Shown one piece after another: positions 1 to 11,400 of a stretch of DNA of 64,000 nucleotides. Source of the stretch: Octopus sinensis (Eukaryota); assembly GCF_006345805.1 (NCBI RefSeq), contig NC_042998.1, positions 162,378,001 through 162,442,000 of the forward strand, read 5' to 3'. Each line of letters starts with the position of its first letter. Within the stretch, counting starts at the first letter, position 1. Both the position numbers and the translations under genes were made by a program. The notes under the pieces were generated by a model. The model did no database searches. It worked only from the letters and a program-made list of their open reading frames with translations, and was not told where the DNA came from.

Positions 1-535
1 CCCTGATATTAAATAAAGTGTTAAACACTTATGGCATGCTAAGTAGCTCCAGTTCTCTGTAACTACTGAATTTTTTTTAAGTATATAAGCAGATTAGTTG
101 CTTATTTCTCTGGGATTGGTTATGTTGATGTACACTTCTGATGAAAACCTAATAAGGCTTGAAAATCGATTAAAGCTGTTCATCATTTGTTTCAGTCCAT
201 GAAGAAATAGATAAATTTGCCCTATGTGTATATCTACAAAACAGGTTACGCATATTATTATATCATACTTTGATACTAAATGGACTGCAAACCCTGTTCA
301 CAGGTGACTGATATTAAATGATGATGTTGAACACTTACAGCATGCAAATTAGTGCTTCTAGTTGTCTGTAGCTACAGAATTTGTTAAGTATGACTGGTTG
401 CTTATTTCTCTGGGATTGGTCATGTGCACCCAATAAGGTTCGAAAATCAGTTAAGGTTGTTCATCATTTTTTTCACTCTATGGAGAAAAAGGTAAATTTG
501 TCCTGTTTATTTATCTACAACATAGATTATATATA
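1..535 (+). repeat. Diverged ~300-bp tandem repeat (two units, first starts before the window), Penelope pLTR/retrozyme-like
   Basis: GTTGCTTATTTCTCTGGGATTGGT at 97-120 and 397-420 (period 300); CTGATATTAAAT at 3-14 and 308-319; flanks align at lower identity; unit 2 truncated near 535. Confidence 0.8.
126..185 (+). ncRNA. Type I hammerhead ribozyme motif (minimal, palindromic stem III)
   Basis: CTGATGA 138-144; stem II AAACCT/AGGCTT (one mismatch, loop AATA); GAAA 161-164; palindrome AATCGATT 164-171; UUA cleavage triplet 170-172; stem I TGATG-T-ACA-CTT (126-137) pairs with AAG-C-TGT-T-CATCA (173-185). Confidence 0.7.
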
Positions 536-544
536 TAATCCAAA

Positions 545-712
545 AATTAGGGAATGGAGCTGATAAAATCTAGGCCATATATGTTTCATAGCTAGCAGAT
601 TCTCAGAAGTAGTAGTTACCCAAACAAGGGGTAATACACTAGCTGCTCATCAGGCCAAACATACCTTAATCAAATGAAGGTTATATTGTTGTCAAGGGAT
701 CCCATATAAACT
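545..712 (-). mobile_element. Penelope-pLTR-like fragment carrying a degenerate hammerhead (family 2, long loop II)
   Basis: Minus strand: GGC CTGATGA GCAGC [49 nt] GCTAT GAAA CATATATG GCC (656-573); homologous to 16630-16886. Confidence 0.6.
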
Positions 713-715
713 TGC

Positions 716-1359
716 AGGAGGCTGCCATAAGCCTTGTCTTCAGTTCATCATTGGTGTTAAAAGTTTTGTTGGTCTGTCGCTCAAATGCACGCCACACAAA
801 ATGCATAATCAAGGGATTGCAGCCTCGGGAGTAAGGTGACCAGATGTTAGGGACGATGTGGTCGCAGAAATTGTCTGACAGCCATGAGTGGGTTTTCCTG
901 CTTGTGTGGCATGGTGCAGAGTCCTGTTGCCAAACATACAATCTTCCAGCAGCCACTCTCTTGACCCAGAGCAGCACTACCTCTTCCAGGTAATTGATGT
1001 AGGACTCCATGTTTAGGAGGGAAGATTAATGGTGGCATAATGTTCCTATCACTAGTAATCACTCCAAATACCAAGTTGTTAACTGGATATTTGATTTTTA
1101 TCACTCTTGGAACATGTCTTCAAATTGACACCCAAACGCTCTTAAATGTTCGTAGTGAATCTTCCAGCATGAATGCCAAACAGTACAGCATGTCATTTCC
1201 AAATTTCTGGCAGAGTGAAATGTGACATGGTGCTGTTTTACTCACAGATGGTGCCCAACTGACCCTACTATACTGTGCAGCTGTCAAAATCAAAAACAAA
1301 CAATGCACATGCTTGAAATCAAAAGTATAAAATGGCAACAGTTCACCTATCGCACCCTG
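716..1359 (-). mobile_element. Tc1/mariner DD37D (maT-like) transposon remnant, internally deleted and 3'-truncated
   Basis: VWQQDSAPCH...WSPYSRGCNPL with 37 residues from D2 to the frameshifted D3 position; N-terminal start MSHFTLPEIW (ATG 1228) joined directly to the catalytic region; 5' TIR CAGGGTGCGATAGG ending at 1359 followed by TA; other TIR not found. Confidence 0.85.
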
Positions 1360-1420
1360 TATACATACACACACACATACACACATATATATACATATGC
1401 ATATATATATATATATGCAT

Positions 1421-1541
1421 ATGCTAGCATGGAAAACGGACGCTAAACAATGATGATGATGATGATGATATATATATATATATATATATGCATATGCTAG
1501 CATGGAAAACGGATGCTAAACGATGATGATGATGATGATGA
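1421..1541 (+). repeat. Two tandem ~45-bp RTE 3'-terminal stubs with (GAT)n tails, period 73 bp
   Basis: ATGCTAGCATGGAAAACGGA(C/T)GCTAAAC-(GAT)n twice; matches the terminus at 61747-61784. Confidence 0.8.
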
Positions 1542-2624
1542 TATATATATATATATATACATGAATGGATTTGTATATTAATAAGCACACCACTTGCACA
1601 CATAAACACACATACATATGTGTGCATGCGCACATGCACACACGCAAAGACAGACACACAAACACACATGCACATGCTGTGTGTGTGTGTGTGTATTTCA
1701 TATTTCAGTATAGATAAGTTCAAGTTATATAGTCTTCTGTTATTTTTTAATAGCTGAAACTCTATTGAAAATTAATAAAATATCACATATAAAATTCAGA
1801 GAGAAAATCATTTATTCTGTTTTTATGTTTATTTTCAACGAAACTTATTTTGAAAGTCGTCTTTTAAAACATATTAATTTCCATTCTCTAGAGTGTCACA
1901 TCTGGCTAGACCTGCCAGCCAAAACAGCTTAACACTTTGTAACCTGTCATTGGTACTGCATTGTGTCACAACTAAAAACAATCAGCTTTTCATGCCTCAC
2001 TCTATCCTGTTGTCAATATGTAATCATTGCTGCTGACACCACCATCACCAGAGAAAAATTTCTAGTCATCATCATCATCATCATCATTTTTTAGGTGGTG
2101 AATCTAGCAAGCCACCCAGTTTACCACTTCCTCTTCCTAGTTTTTATATTCTAAAAGTGAAGTTCACAGTATTGAAAGCACAGGTGATAGAGCTACAGTT
2201 ATATTTTTATCTATTACTTGTCATTAGGCTGTGTTCATGCTAGGGCACCACCAGAACTAATGTTTTTTGTTGTTTTTTTCATGTGCAGATTTTGAACTGT
2301 ATAAGTCTTGGTTGTGTGTTAATTGCAACAGTCTCACCTGACATGTCACCCATGGCTTTCACGAGAAATCCTACCAGATGGAGTTAGTGAGTTTCTGTTT
2401 CCGCTTTCTCCTATATTAAAAATCAAAGTTTTAAATATGGGAACAAATCTGGCAAATCATGAGAGTACTGGACGGAATGCATGCCTTGCCATGTTACCTC
2501 TGTTCTCTCTCGTCTGACTTCAACTCCACTGAGGTTTGCCTTTCATATTATCAAGTACCAGTCCAGTACTTGGTCAATTTCTCTCTCTCTCTCTCTCTTA
2601 TACACACACACACACATGTATATA

Positions 2625-3880
2625 CAGGGTGCGAGGGGTATTTGAAGACATTTTGCTTTTAATTCATTACACCTTCAAATTATATAATGTATCATTTTTT
2701 ATTTTCAGATAACCCTTATCATGCTAACTCAAGAAACTAAAATACATGCAGTCATAGTTGCTATACATGCAAACCACAGTGATTTAGAAATTAATAAGTT
2801 TCTAAATGTTGCAAGATCCTTTGTATACAAAGTTTGGTTGGAATTGGAGGCATGTGATGGTAATGCCTCAACTGTATCAAAGAGAAAAAAACATTCACAA
2901 CTCGTAGACACTAAAAGGACACTGGAATTTATACATGTTCAAAACATTATCAATGAAAACCCCAGAGGATCAATGAGGTCCATTGCTAAAGAACTTTGGG
3001 TGTCAGAGTGGACAGTCAGAACTGTGGTACATCGTGACATTTGATACAAGTCCTATGTAATGAGGAAAGGCCAATTCGTGTCTGCAAAGACACAGACAAA
3101 CAAATCATCTCATCCGTTCAAAATGGTTACTTAGCAAAGTGAAAATCCCTCACAAACAAGGCATGTTATGGTTTTTCCCTGACAAAAAAGACTTTGACCA
3201 GGATCAAAAGTCTAACAGAAGAAATGACAGATGGTTATGTGCAGATCCTTCTGAAGTACCCAGAGTGATGCGCATGAAATTTCCAGTAACTGTGATGGTT
3301 TTAGGATTGGTGAGTAGTGAATGTCATATGATACCTTCCCACTTCTTTCCACAAGGTCTTAGAATTAATGCTACTGGATACACTGAGGTAGTGGAAACTA
3401 TTATCAAGCCTTGGATTGATGATTTATGCAATAGAAGGCCATACGTGTTTCAACAAGACTCAGCACCTTCTCACAAAGCTTTAGTCACCCAAGACTGATT
3501 GTCTATCTTTACTATTCTGTAACACCCAATATGTGGCTTCCAAACTCACCAGATTTGAACTCCATGGACTACACATGTGAAGTGCTGTTGACAGGGAGAC
3601 TACTCGTCATTCTCATAATATCATAGTTTCACTGAAGGCTGCCACCATCCAGGTGGTGTCCAAAATGAATAAGGACCATATAGTGTGAGCATACCAGCGG
3701 TTTTGGTCCTGCATTGAAGCAGTCATCGATGCTGAAGATAGTTTCATAGAATAATTAGCTTTAAAAAATCATTATCAAGACTAATTGCGCAAATGCTTAT
3801 TCAAATACATATTTATTTATGCTGAAATATAGTTAGTTTATTGTATACCAAAATTGTCTTTAAATACCCCTCACACACTG
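2625..3880 (+). mobile_element. Full-length but inactivated Tc1/mariner DD37D (maT-like) transposon
   Basis: ~31-bp imperfect TIRs CAGGGTGCGAGGGGTATTTGAAGACATTTTG (2625) and CAAAATTGTCTTTAAATACCCCTCACACACTG (to 3880), TA at both flanks; transposase pieces 2721-3044 (HTH-like) and 3139-3498 (WFFPDKK, FQQDSAPSH), then PNSPDLNSMDY after a frameshift. Confidence 0.92.
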
Positions 3881-4449
3881 TATATATTTCCACATCTATG
3901 TAACCACACGATGAAAAGCTATGCTCGAAACATCAAAACCCCTATCTTTTTTTCACCTTTACTGAGCATCAAACTAATACATTCCATGTGCACATCCTCT
4001 TGTTCATTTGTTATTGTTATTTTTAATGTTCAGTTAATTGATTTGACTATGTGTGTGTGTGTGTGTGTTTACCTACCTGTCTGTCACTGGAAAAATTTGA
4101 CTGTAGTTAGACCTGAAAAGGACAGTTTTACCAGGCTTAGATGTGGTTATGGTACTCTTGTAATTCCATAAAAGTTGAAAGTCTAAAAACAAGGTAATGG
4201 TATAACATATAATATTAAAGCTGTAGTTTTTCAAACTATGGAGAAAAATATGATTCTGATAAAATGTGAACAAAGCAGACAGCTTTTGATGTATGATTAT
4301 GAAAGCATAATTGAACATGATGGCTAATCTCAGACTATCTGAATATGACCACTGGTAAACTTTTGTAAATGCTTTATTCCCTGTGCACCAGACTGACTAG
4401 ATAACAATATACTTTATACAAAGCAGTGATAAGCCTAATCAGCTAATGA

Positions 4450-6480
4450 AATGAGCTTTTCTGACGTTTTTTTATCTGCGAAATTTCTAATAATATTATC
4501 AAAATCAATTTCTCTGGCAATGCTCAATCTTGTTAAATCAACAAGTCAAGTTTGAGAGATGGTAGACCTTAAATAGTTATTGATATGTTTTAGTTTGTTT
4601 CAAACATCTTTCTGCTAGTGCTGTTACAGTCGATATTGTCAACAATATTTTCAAACTCACATAAATATTTGAAACTATTTCACCAAGTTTGTAGTCAGTT
4701 TATGAATTTAACAATTCTGAAGATTTCATTTCCAGTTATCCCACATTTTCTGTATATACTAAAGATAAATGCTGCATTTCTGTTTCAAAGTCTAGGAGAT
4801 CATTAGGATATTGGCATGCTAAGTCTTTGGGTTTTCTTTGAAGGAGCTTTCTAGCACATTTTCCGAAACAAGAAATCAAAATTTTCAACCACCTTCTAAA
4901 TCGCACAAAGACGAATCGTTAATTACGCAATACAACAACAGTACAGACATAACATAAAACAAACTTTTCTGAAGTTGACCTCTTCTGGTGAATGATCTAT
5001 CATTCCTGGCAAGTTGGTTTCATGTCTTGTATTGCCTAGCATTCTTTGTGTCTTTGATTCATTGCTCCCATGTTCATACATAGGAAAGTTTATTATCTCA
5101 AGATCTGGCAACACCACTTTGGCTTCATTCCAGATATATTTCATATTATTTCATAACTTCATCAAATCTTCAATGAGAGTTTCTGTATTAGATGCTCCCA
5201 TATCCAAAGTAGCACGTTCAGCTTGAATGACTTTGTAGTAAATATCTGTTAGAGCCAACAGTTTATACCAAACATCCTACATCAACACTGAAGCAAAATT
5301 TTTTTATGAATGCTGATACTCCATTCATTCCATTCTTTGTCTTGGTTGTTAAGTCAATCTCTCAAAGACTTGGCAACAATAATTGAATGCCATTAAGGTG
5401 AGATGCAAAAATCATTTAGGATTGGAATTGAACAAGTTGCAAATCATTTGAACAGTTTAAAAATGTCATTGTTTTTGATATTCACTCAGCTGCCTCATTT
5501 TTACACAAATTAAGCATGATTGCTACATGTGTAGTCAATTACTATTAAACACAGCTCTGGTATTTTTGCTTGACTGCCATAGTACTTGCCAGCCAATTTA
5601 GCACTGTTATAATACAACTGTGCTTTTCCATAATTCAAAGGAATGGCATGCTCTTCCAAAGAGTTTATGCTCTCTTCCCTGTATTTATTGTTGTAGTTTG
5701 CACACTTAAGAAATCTCTCATGTACCTCATGTTTGCTGTCCTTTAACTTAACACAACTCACAGAAATGTCAGCTGCATCCATAACTGGGGAATATTTTGA
5801 AGAATTCCTTCTTTGCAGAATATATTGCTTTACAAGGTTAGAAAGTTCTAAACTCAGGAGATAATCAGTGAACTTGATGGTGTTTGCCTTTTCTCTGGTA
5901 TTCCTTTAACTGTAGCACATGCTCTTGGGAAATACAAAGAAGGTTCCATTGTTTGGGTCTTCAGTTCAATGTTATGATCCCTTGGTTACTAAATTAACTA
6001 TGTTTCCCTTTTAACTGTAAACAATGATAACAGCAATTACATGCAAAAAAAATGTTGCATTATTTCACCATTATAGTTCAGAGTTTTGATTCTAAAACAC
6101 CTCAACTCATATTCCAAATGAAAAATGTCTCTGAAGCTTCATCTAAGATTCCAAGTTACATAGTTTGAATCTTTTGTTTGCTTTCAAGGTTTTCAGTTTA
6201 AATTGTTTGCCAAGGTTGTGATAAGAAGTGCTAAAGGCTACATTTAAAATCTCAAAATTCAGGATAACAGGGAAAGCAAAGTAATTAAGTTTATTAGCTT
6301 CTTTGGCAATCAAACCATTCAGAGTACACATCTGGTACTTCTTTTTCATTTTAAGCAATTGATATAAAATACATCTCGAGATCCTTCCATTGTATGCATT
6401 TCCCTCTGATCAGCCAGTGAACCTGAGGCTGCGCATTTCATTTTCTATCATCAAGAATAAGTAAGAGCCCGCAATAGTGG
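4450..6480 (-). mobile_element. Decayed hAT-superfamily transposase (ZMYM1-like/Tip100-type)
   Basis: Minus-strand pieces: EHVLQLKEYQRKG...SSKYSPVMDAADIS (catalytic D region), ERFLKC, KAQLYYNSAKLAGKYYGSQAKI...TCSNH (CxxH), WNEAK...SPEEVNFRKVCF, C-terminal dimerization remnant SNIYVSLKILLTISTVTALAERC...NYLRSTISQ...IAREIDFDNIIRNFA; many stops and frameshifts; termini not resolved. Confidence 0.85.
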
Positions 6481-6973
6481 AATGCAATGTTCCCTCTAAG
6501 TTGTGTATTTGTACACAAGTACACACTTTTTTTACAATTCAGAAAGGAGAAAAAGTGTGCACACAAAGATTTTAAAAGGAAATCGTATTTTTTTAATTGA
6601 AGGAACTTGAGGGATGGTTGCTCACATGGATGTGCACATATGTTGCAAAGAAAAACAAAATTTGCTCATGGTGCAAATTTCTGCAAGCCCTCATAGGAGA
6701 ACAGTAAAGGGAGCATTGCTGAAGCATTGCTGAAGCATTGCCACTGTTTGTATTGTAAGGATATATTAATTAAAATTCAGGAGTTAAGGAAAACTGATAG
6801 CTAGAGCATTGGAAAATTAAATAAATGCCATAAACTCTGCAAAAAGTACTTTTATTTTTTTAACTCAGTTTGGCCACAAATTAAAGATAGTATCATCAAT
6901 AAACATGCCAAAGTATTTAAAAGCTAAGGAAAATGTTAATTTAAATAAAACTTTCATGTTTGTGTGCAGTGTT

Positions 6974-7362
6974 CTTTTATTCCCCCTTTTACCTGTTTCA
7001 ATCATTGGACTGTGGTCATGCCAGGGTACCACCTTGAGGGATTTAGTCAAACAAATCAATACTATGTACTTATTTATTTATTTATTTATTTTTGAAGTTC
7101 TGGTACTTATTTTGTCAGTCTCATTGCTAGGCTACAGGGACATAAACAAACCAACACCAGTTGTTAAACAGTGGTAGAAGACAAACACACACATACATAT
7201 ACAATGGGCTTCTTTCAGTTCCCATCTACCAAATCAACTGACAAAGCTTTGGTTAGACTGAGGCTTTAGTAGAAGAAACTTGTCATAGGTTTCACACAAT
7301 AGTACAGAATCCCATATCATGTGATTGAGAAGTAAACATCTTACCTCACTGCCACACCTGCA
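6974..7362 (-). mobile_element. tRNA-derived SINE family A
   Basis: Reverse complement of the family best seen at 19174-19579 and 61794-62189. Confidence 0.75.
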
Positions 7363-7688
7363 CCCATGTAGTTATTTGCTTTAATTTAGTAATTCCTTCA
7401 CTTTAAAAGGAATAAGGAAACGAGAAAAAAATCTTTTTACTTTGGTAAAGAGAAAGCATATGAAGAATGCATTTTACCATGAGAGATTACAAATGCGTAT
7501 TTTATATATGTTTATGAATTAGATATTATAACCTACCTAACCTAGCATAATAGTATGTTAGGCAAGTTTAGATTAGTTTATTTATGAAAATATACAAAAT
7601 ATATATAACAGAATCAGATTATCCTATATTAATAGAGGCAGTAATAATAGCCAAACACAACTGAGGCGTACCTACAAGAATAATAAAA

Positions 7689-7736
<48 letters not shown>

Positions 7737-8298
7737 TTATGAAAGCCCAATCTGTTGGTATTTAGCTAAATCTATGCTGTAATTAGAAAAAATACATTGT
7801 CTCTAGTTATTGTAATTTCAATGCACAGTATTGTAAATTTGGAGAGTGACTGTCAACTGTTAAGATAATGTTGTCTCACTGATCATACACCTAGTTTCAA
7901 GATTTTTTCAATCTTACCCTCTGGTTTCAAAAATCACACATATTTAAATAAATAAAAAATATTTATAGTCTGTCAAAGTATTTCAATTGATCTAAATGTA
8001 AGCTCTGTAATGTCCGTTTTGCCCTGAAGATTTTCCACCCAGGATACTCAAAATGCAAATTTATATTATCGTATATGTTTTGTAATTTAAATTGGGTGTG
8101 AAGTGAAACAATTGTTGGCAATATTAGTTAATTGATAAATTAATTTATATCCATTGAATCTCTCCATTTTCAAACTTGTTAATCATATTTGATGTTTTAC
8201 AATATATTTATTGAAAAAATTTCTCTTTAAAATATAACATATTAGACCAGTGTATCTTGGATGAATATCCCTATAAGAGGTTTTAATATCCTCCTAGT

Positions 8299-8322
8299 GT
8301 ATATATATATATATAAATATAC

Positions 8323-8398
<76 letters not shown>

Positions 8399-8450
8399 TA
8401 CACATACATACAGAGAGAATATATATATATGTGTGTGTGTGTGTGTGAGT
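8299..8450. repeat. (TA)n/(TG)n compound microsatellite
   Basis: Direct sequence. Confidence 0.95.
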
Positions 8451-8559
8451 GTGAAGAGAGAGAAAGAATATAAACAAATATATAAATATATACATATTTG
8501 GAGAAAGTATAAATAGATAAAATGAAAATTCTTAAATCATATTATTATTATACTATTAT

Positions 8560-8888
8560 GTGAAGGCACATGGATTAGTGGTTAGGGCATTTGGCTCATG
8601 ACTGTAAAGTCATGAGTTCGATTCCTGGTAGAGCATTGTGTCCTTCTGCAAGACACTTTATTCCTCATTGCACCAGTCCTCTCAGCTGGCAAATAAAATG
8701 AGTTATACCTGTAATTCAAAGGGCCAACTTTGTCACATTCTGTTTCATGCTGAATCTCCTTGAGAACTATGTTAAGTGTGTGTGTGTGTGTCTATGTCTG
8801 TGAAGTGTTCAGCCACTTGCACATGAATTTTACAAGCAGGCTTGTCTGTTGATCAAATCAACTGAAATATTCATTGGCATAACTGACA
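8560..8888 (+). mobile_element. tRNA-derived SINE family C
   Basis: A-box-like TGGATTAGTGGTTAGG, B-box-like GAGTTCGATTCC, body GTGTCCTT-GCAAGACACTTTATT...CAGCTGGCAAA; homologous to 17293-17610 and 39889-40183. Confidence 0.8.
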
Positions 8889-9421
8889 TATTATTATATA
8901 ATATGATAATATATATTACTTATATATTTTGTAATTTATACAATGAAGAGACTTTCCAAGAAAATTCTGGATATTTTGATCTTAAAATGCTCCTGGAATA
9001 AGTTTCTATTTTATTCTCTAATCCAATTATATCAACCCTTTTATTTGTCTCCTTTGAGATGAAACAAGATTAATTATTAAATGTAATTAATAAATCTAAA
9101 TTGTATATAGTTTTCTAGGATGATATGTATACAGGGATTTAGGCTCTGGATACTTTGAGCTGAATTAATGTAAAGTCTTCAGTCAGATGTAAATCGGGCA
9201 ATATTTAGATATTTGACTGATTCAAACTTTGATGTGACATACAGTACTAAAAAGCCGACACAGTGTTTGATATGAAACTTATTTGACAACCATAATAATA
9301 GGCATTATCACACATCCCTTCAAAGGTGAAATGATCGATCTGTTTAAAAAAGAGAATAGACAGTTTTCATAAGGGAGAAAAACCAAGAAAACACCTTACA
9401 AGTTACATGTTCACTCATCCT

Positions 9422-9733
9422 CATCATCATCAACATCATCATCATTTAACGTCTGCTTTCATTGCTGGCATGGGTTGGACGGTTTGACTGGGGACTGGTG
9501 AGCCAAATGGCTGCACCAGGCTCCAGTCTGATCTGGCAGAGTTTCTACAGCTGGATGCTTTTCCTAATGCCAACCACTCCAAGAATGTAGTGGGTGCTTT
9601 TACGTGCCACCGGCATGAAGGCCAGTCAGGCAGTACTGGCAACAGCTACGTGTTACCTGCACAGAAGCCAGTCCAGCAGCACTGGCAATGCCCTCGCTCG
9701 AATGTTGTTTTTCACATACCACCGGCACAAGGT
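9422..9733 (-). mobile_element. 5'-truncated RTE 3' end ((GAT)n-tailed)
   Basis: Reverse complement of AGGAAGGGCATCCAGCTGTAGAAA...CCATGC-AGCA-TG...ACGTTAAA-(GAT)n seen at 61650-61784; variant upstream units. Confidence 0.8.
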
Positions 9734-9944
9734 TTGTGAAATAATACAATGGAAGGAAGATGTGCATTTTCTTTCTGAAGTAGAGACATCGCTTATCCAA
9801 GGGTTGCTCCTTGACACTGTAGTATCCTGCTCTATGTATGAGCTTATCCTACTTCCTATAGGCTCTAAAATTGGGCATCAGCAGTATTAGCCTCCTCAAT
9901 CTATGAGAGCATGACAAGATCACAACCATTGCCAGCTTCCCTGT

Positions 9945-10170
9945 CTAAGTATAAGGCCTGGAATTTGAGGGAGAAGATTAGTTGATTAAATCAACACAGC
10001 ACTTGACTGACACCTTATTTTATTTAACCTGGAAGGACAAAAGGCAAAGTTGATCCCAACAGAACTTGATCTTTAAATGTCTGACCTATTTCAGCATGGA
10101 AAACAGATGTTAAACCAAATTGTACAAGGCAGCTTGTCCGATGCTTTAATGGTTATGCTAATCCACCATC
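9945..10170 (-). mobile_element. tRNA-derived SINE family B (diverged)
   Basis: AAAAGGCAAAGTTGA core in reverse orientation, shared with 36460-36688. Confidence 0.6.
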
Positions 10171-10479
10171 CTAAATAGTAACTACAAAAGCACTCGGAGA
10201 GCACAGACCTCCACCAAGCAGCACATTTCCACCCATATACATGCATGCTGAAAGTTGCCCAATTTCCCAAACCAATGCCAGCAAAAACATAACCTCCTAA
10301 GTGGGACTAAAAAAAAAATAATACAGCCATATGATTTTTTTAAAAAACCTTTAGAAATAGGAATCATCTGAAGCAGTTATAATACATCAATGACAACAGT
10401 AAGCTAGTTTCACCATACAACTAAAAAGAAACAACAATTACCTAAAACTTGAGTGATACACACACAACATGAGTAAAAT

Positions 10480-10800
10480 TACTAATAGAGAAACGAAAGT
10501 AAATTTTAGAAACAGCAACGCCACCATAGGTCACGTTGAAACGATGAACGTGTTTTCAAGGGAGATAATCAAAGAATGTAATGTAATACTTCATGTAAAG
10601 TAAATATAACAAATGAAAAATCCTTCAAGAATCCATAAAAATTCTCAGATCACTGCCAAAATTTCATCTTCTGTTCCTTGTGTCATTACCAACTTTCATC
10701 AAATATCGTTCACAACTTTTTGAGTTATTTTGCACACAGACGGAGAGACGGACTAACCAACACTGATGAAAACATAACCTCCTTCCTTGGCAGAGGTAAT
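10480..10800 (+). mobile_element. Possible non-autonomous Helitron/Helentron-like element
   Basis: Ends in GAAAACATAACCTCCTTCCTTGGCAGAGGTAAT hairpin after (GACA/GACG)-like repeats; GCCACCATAGGTCA motif; resemblance to known HINE-like repeats is from memory. Confidence 0.45.
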
Positions 10801-10809
10801 AATAATACT

Positions 10810-11032
10810 ACTAATAATCTTTTCAAATGTTGACACAAGGTCAGTAATTCTATTGGGAGAGGGTTAATCAGTTCCATTAATACCTTGTAATTGACTGGTA
10901 CTTTATTTTATTGATCCCAAAAGGATGAATGGCAAAGTCGACAGAGGTGGAATTTGAACTCAGAAAAAAAAATGGATGAAATGCTGGTACGCATTTTGTT
11001 CAGCATGATAATAATTCTGCCAGCTCATCCTA
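10810..11032 (-). mobile_element. SINE family B
   Basis: GGATGAATGGCAAAGTCGAC...GGAATTTGAACTCAG core reversed. Confidence 0.75.
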
Positions 11033-11061
11033 ATAATAATAATATTATTAATGATAATAAT

Positions 11062-11263
11062 AATAAACCTTTCTATTATAGGCAGAAAGCCTGAAATTTT
11101 GAGGGAGAGATTAAGTCAATTACATAAGCTCCAGAGCTCAGTTTTATCCACCACAAAAAATTAAAAGGCAAAGTTGATTTCAGCAGAATTTGAACTCAAA
11201 ACACAAAGTCAGAAGAAATGCTTCAAAGCATTTTGTCCAGCAGGCTACCGATTCTAACTCACC

Positions 11264-11265
<2 letters not shown>
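11062..11265 (-). mobile_element. SINE family B
   Basis: AAAAGGCAAAGTTGA...GAATTTGAACTCA core reversed; flanked by (AAT)n. Confidence 0.75.
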
Positions 11266-11318
<53 letters not shown>

Positions 11319-11319
11319 T

Positions 11320-11379
<60 letters not shown>

Positions 11380-11400
11380 AAGAAGAAGAAGAAAAAGAAG
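11266..11400. repeat. (AAT)n switching to (AAG)n microsatellite
   Basis: Direct sequence. Confidence 0.95.

Noticed and set aside
2288-2386. Exon-like segment with AG/GT flanks, including a TGA read-through (selenocysteine) idea
   Set aside because: All frames contain stops, no similarity recognised and no SECIS or partner exons
4424-4445. Left TIR of the hAT element (CAGTGATAAGCC)
   Set aside because: Weak match to the 6746 end, too close to the stop codon, and no 8-bp TSD
10763-10800. CTGATGA as a ribozyme core
   Set aside because: Part of the Helentron-like terminal motif; no GAAA, stem III or cleavage site
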